A stretch of 48,540 bases of DNA, from positions 1 to 48,540 of the forward strand of contig DATLJN010000076.1 in the NCBI GenBank assembly GCA_035538835.1. The letters run 5' to 3'. Under the pieces are notes generated by a model, which worked only from the letters and a program-made list of their open reading frames with translations, had not been told where the DNA came from and ran no database searches. The position numbers and the translations under genes were made by a program. Numbering within the stretch: the first letter of the stretch is position 1; each line of letters opens with the position of its first letter. Below, one piece after another: positions 26,957 through 37,269 of this stretch. The DNA is from Magnetospirillaceae bacterium (GTDB taxonomy: Bacteria; Patescibacteriota; Saccharimonadia; Saccharimonadales; EFPC-124).

Positions 26957-27358
26957 TTAATATACCTTACACAGAACTTCGCCACCCAAGCGAGCTTTGC
27001 GGGCAGCTTGCCCGGTCATCACGCCTTGGCTGGTCGAAACTAATACGATACCGCGACCGCCTTTAATGCGGGGGATTTCCGTTGCACCGGCATATACGCG
27101 CTGGCCAGGTTTGCTGACACGGTGGATTTCGGTGATGGTGCTGTTTTCGCCAGGTTTGTTAATGGCGATTACAATGCTACCGCGCGGTTTGGCTTCGACA
27201 AATTTAACATCGGCCAAGTAGCCAGCTTTTTTAAGCGCTTCAGCAATCGTCAATTTAATGTTGCTCGCCGGAACAACGATATCAGTTTTACCAACCGCAA
27301 TTGCGTTGCGGATACGGGTCAACAGGTCGGCGATGGGGTCAGTTGTTTGCATACTCAT
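26957..27358 (-). CDS. rpsH: 30S ribosomal protein S8
   Basis: DPIADLLTRIRNA. Start set at ATG 27358, which has AGGAG 7 nt upstream. Confidence 0.9.
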   Translation of the reverse strand: MSMQTTDPIADLLTRIRNAIAVGKTDIVVPASNIKLTIAEALKKAGYLADVKFVEAKPRGSIVIAINKPGENSTITEIHRVSKPGQRVYAGATEIPRIKGGRGIVLVSTSQGVMTGQAARKARLGGEVLCKVY

Positions 27359-27369
27359 AGTGTTAACTC

Positions 27370-27639
27370 CTACCAACTGGCCTTAGTTACGCCAGGGATT
27401 TCGCCTTTGCTTGCTTTTTCGCGGAACGAAATACGATCAAGACCAAAGCGGCGAATATAACCGCGCGGGCGCCCAGTTAGTAATGAACGGTTTTTGCGAC
27501 GGGTCGGGCTACTATTGCGAGGCAAAAGTGCCAGGCTTTCGTAGTCGCCGGCTGCCTTGAGTTCGGCGCGCTTGGCGGCAAACTTGGCAATCAGCATCAA
27601 ACGCTTTTTGTCGCGTGCAACGATAGATTTTTTAGCCAT
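27370..27639 (-). CDS. rpsN: 30S ribosomal protein S14 (long, non-zinc type)
   Basis: [13 protein letters not shown] and C-terminal [11 protein letters not shown]. Confidence 0.95.
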   Translation of the reverse strand: MAKKSIVARDKKRLMLIAKFAAKRAELKAAGDYESLALLPRNSSPTRRKNRSLLTGRPRGYIRRFGLDRISFREKASKGEIPGVTKASW

Positions 27640-28227
27640 CTAGCGGTTCTCCTTCTCGAATGGCAGCCCAAAACCGGTTAGTAATGCGCGGCTGTGGCTA
27701 CGTTCTTTGGCTTTAATAACAAAGTTGATTTGCAGACCGTGGGTGGTGGTTGTGTCCTCAAAACCTAGTTCTGGGAAGACTGATTGATCGGTAAGACCAA
27801 GGTTGTAATTACCTTCTTTGTCGAAGGCTTTACCACTCACGCCGTGGAAGTCACGCACACGTGGTAACACCACGTTAACTAGGCGGTCGAGGAATTCGTA
27901 CATACGGCCGTCGCGTAGGTTGACACTCACACCGACGCGGTTCATACCGCGGCGAATCTTAAAGGTTGCAATCGACTTTTTAGCCATGCGATCAACTGGC
28001 TGTTGACCAGTAATCTTACGCAGGGTATTTACCACTGTTTGGTGAAAACCTTTGTCGTCTTTGTGCTTACCAATACCAACGCTCACAATAATTTTCTCGA
28101 GCTTCGGCACCTGGTGCGCGTTTGCAAGCTCCAATTCTTTTTGGAGACGTGGCACTAGCTCCCCTTTGTAGAGGGCTTTGAGACGAGCAGTATCAGTCTT
28201 TTGACTTACTGTCTTTTTGGTTGCCAT
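27640..28227 (-). CDS. rplE: 50S ribosomal protein L5
   Basis: The motifs PKLEKIIVSVGIG, FKIRRGM and DFHGVS. Confidence 0.95.
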   Translation of the reverse strand: MATKKTVSQKTDTARLKALYKGELVPRLQKELELANAHQVPKLEKIIVSVGIGKHKDDKGFHQTVVNTLRKITGQQPVDRMAKKSIATFKIRRGMNRVGVSVNLRDGRMYEFLDRLVNVVLPRVRDFHGVSGKAFDKEGNYNLGLTDQSVFPELGFEDTTTTHGLQINFVIKAKERSHSRALLTGFGLPFEKENR

Positions 28228-28228
28228 C

Positions 28229-28546
28229 TTATTTAATCTCCTTCTTTGCAGCTTGTGTCGCTACACGCACTTTTGTGCCATCTTTTTTAACCATGTAGCC
28301 AATTCGTGTTGTTTTAGCAGCATCGGCTGGGCTGACGAGTGCAACTTTGCTCACGTCCATACCAACATGAATGTCTTTACTGCCGCCTTGCGGGTTAACC
28401 GCATTTGGCTTAACAAAGCGCTTACGTGTGCCAATACCTTCGAGTTTGACAGTGTTTTCTTTAGGGTGAATGCTGAGCACTTTGGCAGTTTTACCCCTGT
28501 GGGCTCCAGCAATAACTTTAACCATGTCGCCAGTTTTAATCTTCAT
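28229..28546 (-). CDS. rplX: 50S ribosomal protein L24
   Basis: The KOW motif [23 protein letters not shown]. Confidence 0.95.
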   Translation of the reverse strand: MKIKTGDMVKVIAGAHRGKTAKVLSIHPKENTVKLEGIGTRKRFVKPNAVNPQGGSKDIHVGMDVSKVALVSPADAAKTTRIGYMVKKDGTKVRVATQAAKKEIK

Positions 28547-28914
28547 TACAGTACCTCCGGAGCAAGGCTGATGATCTTCATGTAGCCCTTTTCGCGTAGT
28601 TCGCGGGGAACCGGGCCAAAGACACGAGTCGCCTTAGGGTTCTTGTCGTCGCCAATAATAACGGCGGCGTTGTCGTCAAAACGGATTGTGCTACCATCTT
28701 TACGCTTAATGGCGTGTTTGGTGCGCACAACAACGGCTTTAACAACACTTTTACGTTTAACAGCACCAGCAGGGTTTGCCTGCTTGACGCTGGCAACAAT
28801 AATGTCACCAACGTGAGCGTACCGACGACCAGTACCACCAAGCACGCGGATGCACAAAATTTCTTTGGCGCCACTGTTGTCGGCAACGTGGAGGCGGGAT
28901 TCTTGTTGAATCAT
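28546..28914 (-). CDS. rplN: 50S ribosomal protein L14
   Basis: [27 protein letters not shown]. Confidence 0.95.
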   Translation of the reverse strand: MIQQESRLHVADNSGAKEILCIRVLGGTGRRYAHVGDIIVASVKQANPAGAVKRKSVVKAVVVRTKHAIKRKDGSTIRFDDNAAVIIGDDKNPKATRVFGPVPRELREKGYMKIISLAPEVL

Positions 28915-28918
28915 ATGG

Positions 28919-29281
28919 TTACGCCTCTACTCGAGTACTGCCTGTAGCAGTACGAATTTTCTTTGCTTGGCCGAGACCGGAGGCTTTAGCCGAGGGCGAG
29001 CTTTCCGATGCGACGGTTTCGTCTTTAAGCTCAACGGTTGCGTGACCGGTTTCGATCACTTTACTGAGGGCAAAAGACTTGCGTTTGCTCACCGGGCGGG
29101 TTTCGGTAATTTCTACCTTGTCACCTTTGTGAGCTTCGTTCTTTTCGTCGTGCGCGGCAAACTTTTTGGTGACGGTGTAACGCTTGCCATACACCGGGTG
29201 AGTTACGCTGCGACTCACAGCCACCGTAATGGTTTTGTCTTGCACGTCAGAGGTAACGACACCAGTTAGTTTACGAGCCAT
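28919..29281 (-). CDS. rpsQ: 30S ribosomal protein S17 with C-terminal extension
   Basis: [22 protein letters not shown] and [15 protein letters not shown]. Start trimmed to ATG 29281, after the rpmC stop. Confidence 0.9.
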   Translation of the reverse strand: MARKLTGVVTSDVQDKTITVAVSRSVTHPVYGKRYTVTKKFAAHDEKNEAHKGDKVEITETRPVSKRKSFALSKVIETGHATVELKDETVASESSPSAKASGLGQAKKIRTATGSTRVEA

Positions 29282-29282
29282 A

Positions 29283-29519
29283 TTATTTCTCCTGCTCTTT
29301 CTGCGCGTCTTCGCGGGCTTTCTCGGCAAGCACAGTCATGGCTTTTGCAATGCTCTTACGAGTTTTTGCAATAACTGATGCACTTGGGAGTTCGCTCGCT
29401 TTGTTAGCGCGATGCTGCTGCACCAGTTCCTTGCGAAGTTCAGCGACTTTAGTTAACAAATCAGCAGTTTCCATACCACGGAAGTCTTGTAGTACGTTCA
29501 CTTTTTTAGCTTCGGCCAT
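29283..29519 (-). CDS. rpmC: 50S ribosomal protein L29
   Basis: Position between rplP and rpsQ, and [18 protein letters not shown]. Confidence 0.9.
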   Translation of the reverse strand: MAEAKKVNVLQDFRGMETADLLTKVAELRKELVQQHRANKASELPSASVIAKTRKSIAKAMTVLAEKAREDAQKEQEK

Positions 29520-29932
29520 TACGCCTCCTCCCGAGATATGAATTTAGTCTTAACGGGTAGTTTATGGCTTGCAAGACGCATTGCTTCGCGGGCGATTTCT
29601 TCGGTCACGCCCTTCATTTCGAACAATACGGTGCCTGCCTTAACTTTTGCAGCAAAATATTCTGGGTTACCTTTACCGCCGCCCATTTTGACGTCAGCAG
29701 GTTTTTTAGTAACAGGAGTGTGTGGGAAAATACGGATCCAAATCTTACCACCACGCTTAATGTAACGGGTCATTGCCTGACGTGCAGCTTCGATTTGGCG
29801 GCTGGTAATGCGTTCGTTTTCTTCTGACTGCAAGCCGTAATCACCGAAAGCGATATAGTTGCCAGCGGTTGCAACACCGGTGTTTTTACCGATACGGACT
29901 TTGCGCCACTTGGTTTTCTTTGGTAACAACAT
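29519..29932 (-). CDS. rplP: 50S ribosomal protein L16
   Basis: [11 protein letters not shown] and [26 protein letters not shown]. Confidence 0.95.
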   Translation of the reverse strand: MLLPKKTKWRKVRIGKNTGVATAGNYIAFGDYGLQSEENERITSRQIEAARQAMTRYIKRGGKIWIRIFPHTPVTKKPADVKMGGGKGNPEYFAAKVKAGTVLFEMKGVTEEIAREAMRLASHKLPVKTKFISREEA

Positions 29933-29940
29933 AACTACTC

Positions 29941-30573
29941 CTACGCCTCGCCCTTATAGACCCAAACTTTAATGCCAACAATGCCGGCATTCGGGATTTG
30001 AGCGGTGGTTAGGTTGTAATCAATGTCAGCACGAAGGGTGTGAAGTGGAACGCTGCCCTGGATTTCTTTTTCGCGGCGTGACATTTCGGCGCCACCAAGG
30101 CGGCCAGCAACTTCGATGCGGACACCACGAGCGCCAGCGTTCATGGTATTTTGGGCGGCCATTTTAACGGCGCGGCGCCAGTTAATACGGCGTTCGAGTT
30201 GACGGGCAATGTTTTCGGCAATCAGTTTAGCAGCCAGTTCTGGGCGCTTAACTTCTTCGATATTGAGGCGAACAGGGCCGCCAATAATTTTTTCGATCTG
30301 GACCTTGAGTTCTTGCGCACCAGAACCACCGCGGCCAATCACAACACCAGCTTTCGCCGTGTGGATTGTAATTGTCGCCAGGTTTGGTGAGCGCTCAATG
30401 TCGATCTTTTGGATCGTCGCGCGGGTTACAAATTTGCTTTCGATCGCGGCGCGAACAGCAATATCTTGGTTCAGCCAAGCAACGTATTCTTGTTTGCTGG
30501 GGGCAAACCACTTGCTGCGCCACTCTTTGTTCACCTGCAAGCGAAAGCTAATTGGGTTTACTTTTTGACCCAT
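29941..30573 (-). CDS. rpsC: 30S ribosomal protein S3
   Basis: [12 protein letters not shown], plus a KH domain. Start trimmed to ATG 30573. Confidence 0.95.
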   Translation of the reverse strand: MGQKVNPISFRLQVNKEWRSKWFAPSKQEYVAWLNQDIAVRAAIESKFVTRATIQKIDIERSPNLATITIHTAKAGVVIGRGGSGAQELKVQIEKIIGGPVRLNIEEVKRPELAAKLIAENIARQLERRINWRRAVKMAAQNTMNAGARGVRIEVAGRLGGAEMSRREKEIQGSVPLHTLRADIDYNLTTAQIPNAGIVGIKVWVYKGEA

Positions 30574-30574
30574 A

Positions 30575-30967
30575 TTACGCCTCCTCTTTCTTGGCATCAG
30601 CTTTAGCGGCTGACTTCTTAGCTTTTACGTCACCACTGAGTTCCACAAATACGTGGCTTGAGCGTTTCTGGAATGGCAAAGCGCGGCCCATAGCAGCTGG
30701 GTTAAAGCGCTTGAGGCGCGGCCCGGCTGTTACTTGGAGCGAGGTAATCATAAGGGTTGCTTCGGAAAGGCCTTTGGCGTTAATAGCGCTCGCTTTGGCA
30801 GAAGCAATTAATTTAGCAACAGGTTTAGCGGCGCGTTTTGGTGTGTGCTCAAGAATAACCAAGGCGTCAACGACGCTGCGACCGCGAATCAAGCTTGCAA
30901 CCAAGCCGATTTTGCGCGGACTTTGGCGAATACCTTTTGCAGATGCGGATACGGTAATGTCGGCCAT
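30575..30967 (-). CDS. rplV: 50S ribosomal protein L22
   Basis: IRQSPRKIGLVASLIRG and LKRFNPAAMGRA. Confidence 0.95.
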   Translation of the reverse strand: MADITVSASAKGIRQSPRKIGLVASLIRGRSVVDALVILEHTPKRAAKPVAKLIASAKASAINAKGLSEATLMITSLQVTAGPRLKRFNPAAMGRALPFQKRSSHVFVELSGDVKAKKSAAKADAKKEEA

Positions 30968-31233
30968 TATTTTTTATCCTTCTTAGCGTGACCACGGAAT
31001 TTACGAGTTGGGCTAAATTCGCCTAACTTGTGACCAACCATGTTTTCGCTAACAAATACAGGAACATGCACGCGACCGTTGTGCACGGCGATGGTGCGGC
31101 CAACCATTTCGGGAGTAATAGTGCTGGCGCGTGCCCAAGTTTTGATGACGGTTCGGTCATCGTTACCAAGAGCAGCGACTTTCTTAGCCAGTTTAGGATC
31201 GATAAATGGACCTTTTTTAAGTGAACGACTCAT
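30967..31233 (-). CDS. rpsS: 30S ribosomal protein S19
   Basis: [12 protein letters not shown] and [13 protein letters not shown]. Confidence 0.95.
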   Translation of the reverse strand: MSRSLKKGPFIDPKLAKKVAALGNDDRTVIKTWARASTITPEMVGRTIAVHNGRVHVPVFVSENMVGHKLGEFSPTRKFRGHAKKDKK

Positions 31234-31235
31234 AG

Positions 31236-32072
31236 TTATTTCCTCTTCGCCTCGTGGCGTGAGCGCACGATAAACTGATTAGTGTTCTTGCGGCGGCGGG
31301 TACGATATCCGAGGGTTGGCTGGCCCCAAGGTGTTTTAGGTACACCACCAATACCATGAGCACCACCGTCACCACCACCGTGGGGGTGGTCTACGGCGTT
31401 CATAACCACACCGCGGACGCTCGGGCGGATACCCATGCGGCGCTTGCGGCCGGCTGAACCGATCTTGATATTTTGGTGCTGTTCGTTGCCAACCATACCG
31501 AGGGTTGCCATGCAAGCCAGTAATACCTTACGGACTTCGCCGCTTGGCAAACGGAGCTGGGCATAGTCACCTTCTTTGGCGACAAGTTGAGCTTTCGTAC
31601 CAGCAGAACGGCACATTTGACCGCCCTTGCCTGGTTGGAGTTCGATGTTGTAGATAAGCGTACCGGTTGGGATTGCGCTCAGCGGCATGCGGTTGTGGTT
31701 TTCGACAGCGACTTCGACGCCACTACTAATTGTCTGCCCGACCTTCATGTCGTTACCGGCGAGTACATAGTGATACAGACCGTGTTGATCGCGAGCGCGG
31801 GCAATGCGTGCGGAACGGTTCGGGTCGTATTCGATACCTTCGATAACCGCTTCGGTGCCAGCGGCAAGTCGGTGGTTCACCAAACGATAGAACCGCTTAA
31901 CCCCACCGCCGCGGTGGCGAGTAGTAATGCGGCCCATATTGTTGCGACCAGCAGTTGATTTTTTAACGCGCATCAGGCTCTTAATGCCTTTTTTGTGCGT
32001 AATCATGCTGGTGTCCTGGGTAGTCATACCCCGGCGCGCAGCAGTATTTGGTTTGTGCGTTTTAATAGCCAT
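31236..32072 (-). CDS. rplB: 50S ribosomal protein L2
   Basis: [16 protein letters not shown] and [11 protein letters not shown]. Confidence 0.95.
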   Translation of the reverse strand: MAIKTHKPNTAARRGMTTQDTSMITHKKGIKSLMRVKKSTAGRNNMGRITTRHRGGGVKRFYRLVNHRLAAGTEAVIEGIEYDPNRSARIARARDQHGLYHYVLAGNDMKVGQTISSGVEVAVENHNRMPLSAIPTGTLIYNIELQPGKGGQMCRSAGTKAQLVAKEGDYAQLRLPSGEVRKVLLACMATLGMVGNEQHQNIKIGSAGRKRRMGIRPSVRGVVMNAVDHPHGGGDGGAHGIGGVPKTPWGQPTLGYRTRRRKNTNQFIVRSRHEAKRK

Positions 32073-32374
32073 TACTTCTTCTCCTCTGCTTCAGCAAATA
32101 CAGGGATAGTCTGGCCTTCGGCGAGGCGAACATACGCTTTTTTAACATCGTTGCGTTTACCGATAACCGGGCTGCCGCCTTTGCGGTACGATTTCTTAAC
32201 CTTACCTTTGGCAAGCACCGTATTAACATCTACAACGGTTACGTCATACTGTTTTGCAACAGCGCTGGCGATTTGCTGCTTGTTAGCGCGAACTGGCACG
32301 TCAAACACGTACATGCCGTTTTGAGCCTGGGCGTATGTCTTTTCGCTAATGCGTGGGTGAATCCTGAGTTCCAT
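32072..32374 (-). CDS. rplW: 50S ribosomal protein L23
   Basis: ISEKTYAQAQNGMYVFDV. Start trimmed to ATG 32374. Confidence 0.9.
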   Translation of the reverse strand: MELRIHPRISEKTYAQAQNGMYVFDVPVRANKQQIASAVAKQYDVTVVDVNTVLAKGKVKKSYRKGGSPVIGKRNDVKKAYVRLAEGQTIPVFAEAEEKK

Positions 32375-32376
32375 GA

Positions 32377-32973
32377 CTATGCCCCCAACCATTCTTCGAC
32401 TGCTTTAACCGCAGGCGTGGTCATAATTAAGGTATCAGCGTTGAGGATAGTAAACACGTTAAGATACGTGGCTTGCACGAGCTTGAGGCCTTCGATGTTG
32501 CGAGTTGCCCGGGTGAGTTCCGGCGTTTTGTTGTCGACAACAATTACGATGTTATCGCCAGCCTTCACTTTTTGTGTGGCGAGGAATGCAGCGATTTCTG
32601 ATGTTTTACCAGTGGTTTTAACATCGGCAACGGTAACAATTTCTTTTGCCTGCGCAGCAAGCGTTAACGCTTGGCGAAGAGCCACGCGCTTAGCTTGTAC
32701 TGGAATGGTCTTGCTGTAGTTTTCGTTGCCAAGCGGCCCGAACACAACACCACCTTTGCGCCAAATTGGGTTGCGGGAGCTACCAAAGCGGGCGCGTCCG
32801 GTGCCTTTTTGTTTCCAAGGCTTCTTACCACCACCGCTTACCTGGCCACGCTTCAGCGTTTTGGCGAGGTTAACTCGGCCGTTCGCCAAATAAGCGTCAT
32901 ATGCGAGCTTAAGTAGCTCATGGTTTGGCACCTCAACAGCAAACACGCTCTTCGGAAGAGTAGTTTCGGCCAT
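32377..32973 (-). CDS. rplD: 50S ribosomal protein L4
   Basis: KPWKQKGTGRARFGS. Confidence 0.95.
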   Translation of the reverse strand: MAETTLPKSVFAVEVPNHELLKLAYDAYLANGRVNLAKTLKRGQVSGGGKKPWKQKGTGRARFGSSRNPIWRKGGVVFGPLGNENYSKTIPVQAKRVALRQALTLAAQAKEIVTVADVKTTGKTSEIAAFLATQKVKAGDNIVIVVDNKTPELTRATRNIEGLKLVQATYLNVFTILNADTLIMTTPAVKAVEEWLGA

Positions 32974-33587
32974 TATTTGGTTCCTCCGATCATAATAAGG
33001 CCACGGCGTGGACCAGGCACAGCACCTTTGAGTCCAATTACTCCGCGGTCAACATCAACAAGAGCGACGACTAGGTTTTTAACGGTGACGCGTTCGGCGC
33101 CCATGCGGCCGGCCATGCGCTTACCTTTAAAGACTTTTTGTGGGTACATCGAGCCAATTGAGCCCGGTTTGCGAACATAGCCATTACCACCGTGGGTGTG
33201 GGCGCTTTCGCTAAAGTTATGCCGCTTAATTGTGCCAGCAAATCCTTTACCCTTGCTAGTTCCTGTTACGTCAACTTCTTCACCGATGGTGAATTGCTCG
33301 ACGGTCAGGGTTGTGCCAACGGCAACATCTTCCGGCAGCGTGTCAACACGAACTTCACGGATGAACTTCGGAGTTGTTTTGCTGGCGGCGACATGGCCTT
33401 TGGTGGCATTGCTCAAGTTCTTACCCATTCCAAACCCAATTTGCACAGCAGTATAGCCGTCTGTTTCAGACGACTTCACTTGAGTCACCGTGCATGGGCC
33501 CGCTTGGATTAATGTTACTGGAATAGCAACACCATCCTCCTGGAGGAGCTGGGTCATACCAAGTTTGGTACCTAATAGCGCTTTCAT
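32973..33587 (-). CDS. rplC: 50S ribosomal protein L3
   Basis: MKALLGTKLGMTQ and GKGFAGTIKRHNF. Start trimmed to ATG 33587, which has AGGAG upstream. Confidence 0.95.
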   Translation of the reverse strand: MKALLGTKLGMTQLLQEDGVAIPVTLIQAGPCTVTQVKSSETDGYTAVQIGFGMGKNLSNATKGHVAASKTTPKFIREVRVDTLPEDVAVGTTLTVEQFTIGEEVDVTGTSKGKGFAGTIKRHNFSESAHTHGGNGYVRKPGSIGSMYPQKVFKGKRMAGRMGAERVTVKNLVVALVDVDRGVIGLKGAVPGPRRGLIMIGGTK

Positions 33588-33706
33588 AGTCGCTCCTATT
33601 GAAAATACTCGGTATGCTACGGTTTCCCTCGTGGCAAAGAGAGCCGGGACCTGTGAGCCTACCAAGATCTTCGTTTAATCTTGATAAAAGTTACCTGGGC
33701 AGTATA

Positions 33707-33724
33707 CCAGAGGCGCACCTCTGG
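33707..33724 (-). terminator. hairpin CCAGAGG-CGCA-CCTCTGG downstream of the 33760..34035 ORF (no T-tract)
   Basis: Perfect 7-bp stem, 36 nt after the stop. Confidence 0.3.
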
Positions 33725-33759
33725 CGTCAAGAAGTTTACAAGATTTTGTTATCCAGGAG

Positions 33760-34035
33760 TTATAAAACAATACCAGCTGGTAAGAAAAACGTAATAATCG
33801 TCATAAGTACAAGGAGCGCATATTCGATTTTGCGGTCGATTTGGAAGTGGTCATGCGAGGCAAAAAGCAGGCCAATCACTAAACCAAGCGGGAACCCATG
33901 AATTAAAAAATCGCCAATCGGGATAGGCTGGCTAAATTTGAGCCAAAATGATCCGAGCACTACATATAACACAAGTTTCAAAAAATACGCGCTGTCACGT
34001 TCGCCACTTTGTTGTTTGATTTTTGTTTTTGTCAT
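33760..34035 (-). CDS. small hypothetical membrane protein (91 aa, about 3 TM)
   Basis: MTKTKIKQQSGERDSAYFLKLVLYVVLGSFWL... is hydrophobic. Start trimmed to ATG 34035 because the longer track ORF overlaps the divergent gene. The SD is weak. Confidence 0.4.
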   Translation of the reverse strand: MTKTKIKQQSGERDSAYFLKLVLYVVLGSFWLKFSQPIPIGDFLIHGFPLGLVIGLLFASHDHFQIDRKIEYALLVLMTIITFFLPAGIVL

Positions 34036-34145
34036 GTCGTTAGGTCTTATTGTAACCAAAACTTTTATGCTTGGCAAACTGTACAGGCCTGCGTATGCTG
34101 GTACTGCCGCCTGCGCCCCCAGCAGGCCGATGTAGGAGGGGTCCA

Positions 34146-34520
34146 TTGTTAACAACCAGAGCACACATCATTAAAGCAGAACGAGCTGTGGTCATCGAAA
34201 CCATCGAACACACAGCACTAAAGCCCGGTGACCGCATTTACTTGCTGGAGTTTGTCGGCGGCGCGGTGAAGCTCAAAAAAACGGGCCTATACGTGCGCAC
34301 CACAAACAGAGGCTCTGAACGAACGATTCGGAGACGCGAAGAAACTGCCGTGCTCATCTTTGTTGCTTGGGACGGCGACAAAGAAGAATCAAGACACCCC
34401 GTTGACAGGCTCGGCCTCATGCTCACCAGCGAGTCGTTCCTTGTTGTAAAATCACTTAAGGGAATCGACTGGAAGGAAGACCGTCCGCTCAGTCGAAGAC
34501 ACCTCCACACTCCCAGGTAA
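34146..34520 (+). CDS. hypothetical protein (124 aa), antisense to the ribosomal operon
   Basis: Strong SD AGGAGG (34134-34139) lies 6 nt before an in-frame TTG at 34146. G+C is moderately elevated. No recognisable domain. Confidence 0.4.
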   Translation: MLTTRAHIIKAERAVVIETIEHTALKPGDRIYLLEFVGGAVKLKKTGLYVRTTNRGSERTIRRREETAVLIFVAWDGDKEESRHPVDRLGLMLTSESFLVVKSLKGIDWKEDRPLSRRHLHTPR

Positions 34521-34564
34521 ATACTCGGCACACAATGCCCGCGCGGGGTGGGACTCCTCCTACT

Positions 34565-34606
34565 CCGCAGCGATACCGCACAACAACTTGTGCTGTGCTG
34601 CTGCGG
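34565..34606 (+). terminator. compound G+C-rich hairpin (CCGCAGC..GCACAA-CAAC-TTGTGC..GCTGCGG) after the plus-strand ORF
   Basis: Read directly from the sequence. Confidence 0.35.
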
Positions 34607-34609
34607 CAA

Positions 34610-34640
34610 CAAAATACCCGCCTTATCTGGCGGGTATTTG
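34610..34640. terminator. bidirectional terminator directly after rpsJ (AAAATACCCGCC-TTATCT-GGCGGGTATTT)
   Basis: 9-bp stem with an A-tract on one side and a T-tract on the other. It abuts the rpsJ stop at 34643. Confidence 0.6.
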
Positions 34641-34642
34641 AT

Positions 34643-34972
34643 TTACATGCGGATTTCTGCGTCGCACCCGGCTGGAAGGCTGAGGTTTTGTAGCGAGTCG
34701 ATTGTCTTAGGCGTTGGGCTTAAGATGTCGATAAGGCGCTTATGCGTTCGCATTTCGTAGTGTTCACCACCACGCTGCTTGTAGACGTGCGGGCTACTAC
34801 TGACCGTGTAGCGCGTTTTGCGTGTTGGCAGCGGGACTGGCCCGATGACTGTTGCGCCTGTACGCAGGGCTGTGTCGATGATTTGTTTTGCTGATTGGTC
34901 GATAACTTTATGGTCATAGGCCTTGAGACGGATACGAATCCGCTGTTTTACTTCGAGGGCTTGTGCCGCCAT
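34643..34972 (-). CDS. rpsJ: 30S ribosomal protein S10
   Basis: [21 protein letters not shown] and HKRLIDI. Start trimmed to ATG 34972, which has GGAGAA upstream. Confidence 0.95.
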   Translation of the reverse strand: MAAQALEVKQRIRIRLKAYDHKVIDQSAKQIIDTALRTGATVIGPVPLPTRKTRYTVSSSPHVYKQRGGEHYEMRTHKRLIDILSPTPKTIDSLQNLSLPAGCDAEIRM

Positions 34973-35069
34973 AGTATTTCTCCGGTGTACAGTAACCTCT
35001 GCTCGATTCATGGCTTTGGCAGCTCATGTCTGGCCGAGTTGTCTGTACGATTAATATGATATGAAAACT

Positions 35070-35098
35070 ATTATAGGATACAGCCTCGTTGCTGGCAA
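35070..35098 (-). promoter_or_regulatory. near-consensus sigma70 promoter for rpsJ
   Basis: Minus strand has TTGCCA, a 17-nt spacer, then TATAAT, about 100 nt upstream of the rpsJ start. Confidence 0.45.
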
Positions 35099-35173
35099 GT
35101 CTATCGTAGTTGTCAGATCATAAAAACATGTTCTAAGATAGATTGACCAAATACCGTCTACACCTGGAGAGTC

Positions 35174-35347
35174 ATGGTAGACCTCGCCAAGATTGGTGGC
35201 AGCGGCCTGCTAGCGCTGCTCAGCCTACCTGCAGCCAATGGCTGGTTCGATAAAGACTGGGGCATTGGCGTATTCGTGTTGCTGTGGATTGTTTGGGCGT
35301 TGGTGCTGTACGTCGGCTGGCCGATCATTGAGGCCATACTCGACTAA
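35174..35347 (+). CDS. small hypothetical membrane protein (57 aa)
   Basis: Below the track cutoff. SD GGAGAG lies 4 nt before the ATG. Translation is MVDLAKIGGSGLLALLSLPAANGWFDKDWGIGVFVLLWIVWALVLYVGWPIIEAILD, which suggests two hydrophobic helices. Confidence 0.35.
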   Translation: MVDLAKIGGSGLLALLSLPAANGWFDKDWGIGVFVLLWIVWALVLYVGWPIIEAILD

Positions 35348-35407
35348 GTACCGGCATCACCGCAGGTGGCGCGCTCACTGCGCGTCACCTGTTTCATTTT
35401 GTGTAAT

Positions 35408-35441
35408 AAAAAGAGAGCCGCAGGTCGCGGCTCTCTTTTTA
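35408..35441. terminator. bidirectional terminator after tuf (AAAAAGAGAGCCGC-AGGTC-GCGGCTCTCTTTTT)
   Basis: 10-bp stem with flanking A- and T-tracts, 14 nt from the tuf stop. Confidence 0.65.
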
Positions 35442-35454
35442 TTGGGTCGTAAGA

Positions 35455-36642
35455 TTATTTTACGATCTTAGTTACCACACCAGCACCAACGGTGCGGCCG
35501 CCTTCGCGGATTGCGAAGCGTAGACCTTGCTCCATAGCAATTGGGGCAAGCAGTTTTACCTTAAAGGTGATTGTATCACCAGGCATAACCATCTCTTTGT
35601 CGGCTGGGAGTTCGACCTCACCAGTTACATCAGTAGTACGGAAGTAGAACTGTGGTTTGTAACCCTTGAAGAATGGGGTATGACGGCCGCCTTCTTCTTT
35701 GGTAAGCACGTAAACCTCAGATTCAAATTCGGTGTGTGGCGTAATGCTGCCAGGTTTAGCGATAACTTGACCACGTTCGATGTCGTCGCGTTCAATGCCG
35801 CGGAGCAGCAATCCAGCGTTGTCACCAGCTTGGCCTTGGTCGAGCTGTTTCTTAAAGGCTTCGATGCCAGTTACCACTGTCTTACGAGCAGCTTCTTGGA
35901 TACCGACGATTTCAACTTCTTCGTTAATCTTAACGATACCAGTTTCGATACGGCCGGTAGCAACCGTGCCACGACCCTTAATACTAAAGACGTCTTCGAT
36001 TGGCATCAGGAACGGCTTATCGAGTTCGCGCTTTGGCTCTTCGATGTAGTCGTCCATAGCTTTAACGAGTTCCATAATGGCGTCTTCGTATGTAGCGTCG
36101 CCTTCAAGGGCTTTAAGAGCTGAACCCTTAATGATTGGGGCTTCGCGGTCAAAGCCGTTCTTGGCCAGGAGGTCACGAACGTCTTCCTCAACCAGTTCAA
36201 CCAGCTCAGCGTCGGCCATATCCATCTTGTTTAGGAACACAAGAATCTTTGGCACACCAACCTGTTTTGCAAGTAGCACGTGTTCGCGGGTTTGTGGCAT
36301 TGGGCCGTCGGCGGCAGATACAACCAAGATTGCACCGTCTACCTGTGCGGCACCGGTAATCATGTTCTTAACGTAGTCGGCGTGACCAGGCATGTCGACG
36401 TGCGCGTAGTGGCGCTTTTCGCTTTCGTATTCCTGGTGAGAAGTTGCGATGGTAATACCACGCGCCTTTTCTTCTGGTGCGTTGTCGATTTGGTCATACG
36501 CAACTGGTTTGTTAACTGCGCTCGGCATTTTTTTTGCGAGAACGCTAGTGATTGCCGCAGTCAAAGTAGTTTTACCGTGGTCAACGTGACCCATGGTACC
36601 AACGTTGACGTGCGGTTTGCTACGGTCAAATGTGTCAGCCAT
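35455..36642 (-). CDS. tuf: elongation factor Tu
   Basis: [18 protein letters not shown] and NKMD GTPase motifs, with full-length collinearity to EF-Tu. Confidence 0.97.
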   Translation of the reverse strand: MADTFDRSKPHVNVGTMGHVDHGKTTLTAAITSVLAKKMPSAVNKPVAYDQIDNAPEEKARGITIATSHQEYESEKRHYAHVDMPGHADYVKNMITGAAQVDGAILVVSAADGPMPQTREHVLLAKQVGVPKILVFLNKMDMADAELVELVEEDVRDLLAKNGFDREAPIIKGSALKALEGDATYEDAIMELVKAMDDYIEEPKRELDKPFLMPIEDVFSIKGRGTVATGRIETGIVKINEEVEIVGIQEAARKTVVTGIEAFKKQLDQGQAGDNAGLLLRGIERDDIERGQVIAKPGSITPHTEFESEVYVLTKEEGGRHTPFFKGYKPQFYFRTTDVTGEVELPADKEMVMPGDTITFKVKLLAPIAMEQGLRFAIREGGRTVGAGVVTKIVK

Positions 36643-36713
36643 TTATATGCTCCATTATTTTCTTAATTTCGCGCATGAGGTAGCAGAGCCACCGGATGCG
36701 ACGTATGTTCCAG

Positions 36714-36743
36714 ATTATACAAGAGAAGCCCCCGAGGTGTAAA
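36714..36743 (-). promoter_or_regulatory. sigma70-like promoter for tuf
   Basis: Minus strand has TTTACA, an 18-nt spacer, then TATAAT with a TG extension, about 70 nt upstream of the tuf start. Confidence 0.4.
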
Positions 36744-36760
36744 GACTTTGTACAAAAGCG

Positions 36761-36789
36761 GAGGTCCGGAACTGCTCGCCCCGGACCTC
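36761..36789 (-). terminator. G+C-rich perfect hairpin GAGGTCCGG-11 nt-CCGGACCTC after the HTH gene
   Basis: 9-bp stem beginning 11 nt after the stop at 36800. No T-tract. Confidence 0.4.
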
Positions 36790-36799
36790 TCTCGTGCTC

Positions 36800-37192
36800 T
36801 TATTCGGTCGTGATAGGGACACGACGCGCGCGCCGGCGATTTTGGATCTTCTTTCGCTGGAGCCGCTGTCCTTTGAGTTGTCGCGGGTCGACCAACCTGA
36901 CCAGGCTAGGCCGAAGATCCAACCCAACAACGCGAGCATAGCGCTGCATTGTCGAAAGCCGACCATCCTCGAGAAGGTCCGCCTCGCGCCGCTTAACCAG
37001 CCGCGGCAACCAGTACCACACTGTCGCTCGCCTAAACCAGCCGGGTCTGTGTAGCCAGCCAATTTTGGAAGCAAACTCGTAATCGGTCATACCTAGCGCC
37101 CGGCGCATGGCGTGCAGGTGCGAAACCAACATATAGCGGTTGTACGAATCGACTTGCTCGCCTGACAATACAGGCACAGCGCCGTCGGTCAT
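36800..37192 (-). CDS. XRE-like helix-turn-helix protein with basic C-terminal tail
   Basis: SD GAGGAG is present. LHAMRRALGMTDYEFASKIG...STMQRYARVVGLDL resembles an HTH_XRE layout. G+C is elevated. Confidence 0.45.
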   Translation of the reverse strand: MTDGAVPVLSGEQVDSYNRYMLVSHLHAMRRALGMTDYEFASKIGWLHRPGWFRRATVWYWLPRLVKRREADLLEDGRLSTMQRYARVVGLDLRPSLVRLVDPRQLKGQRLQRKKIQNRRRARRVPITTE

Positions 37193-37269
37193 GGTAACAC
37201 TCCTCAGACTGAGGCCTACAGGGGCACGGTTATAATACGGTTAGTAGCCACAAAAAGCAATTTCAGGAC

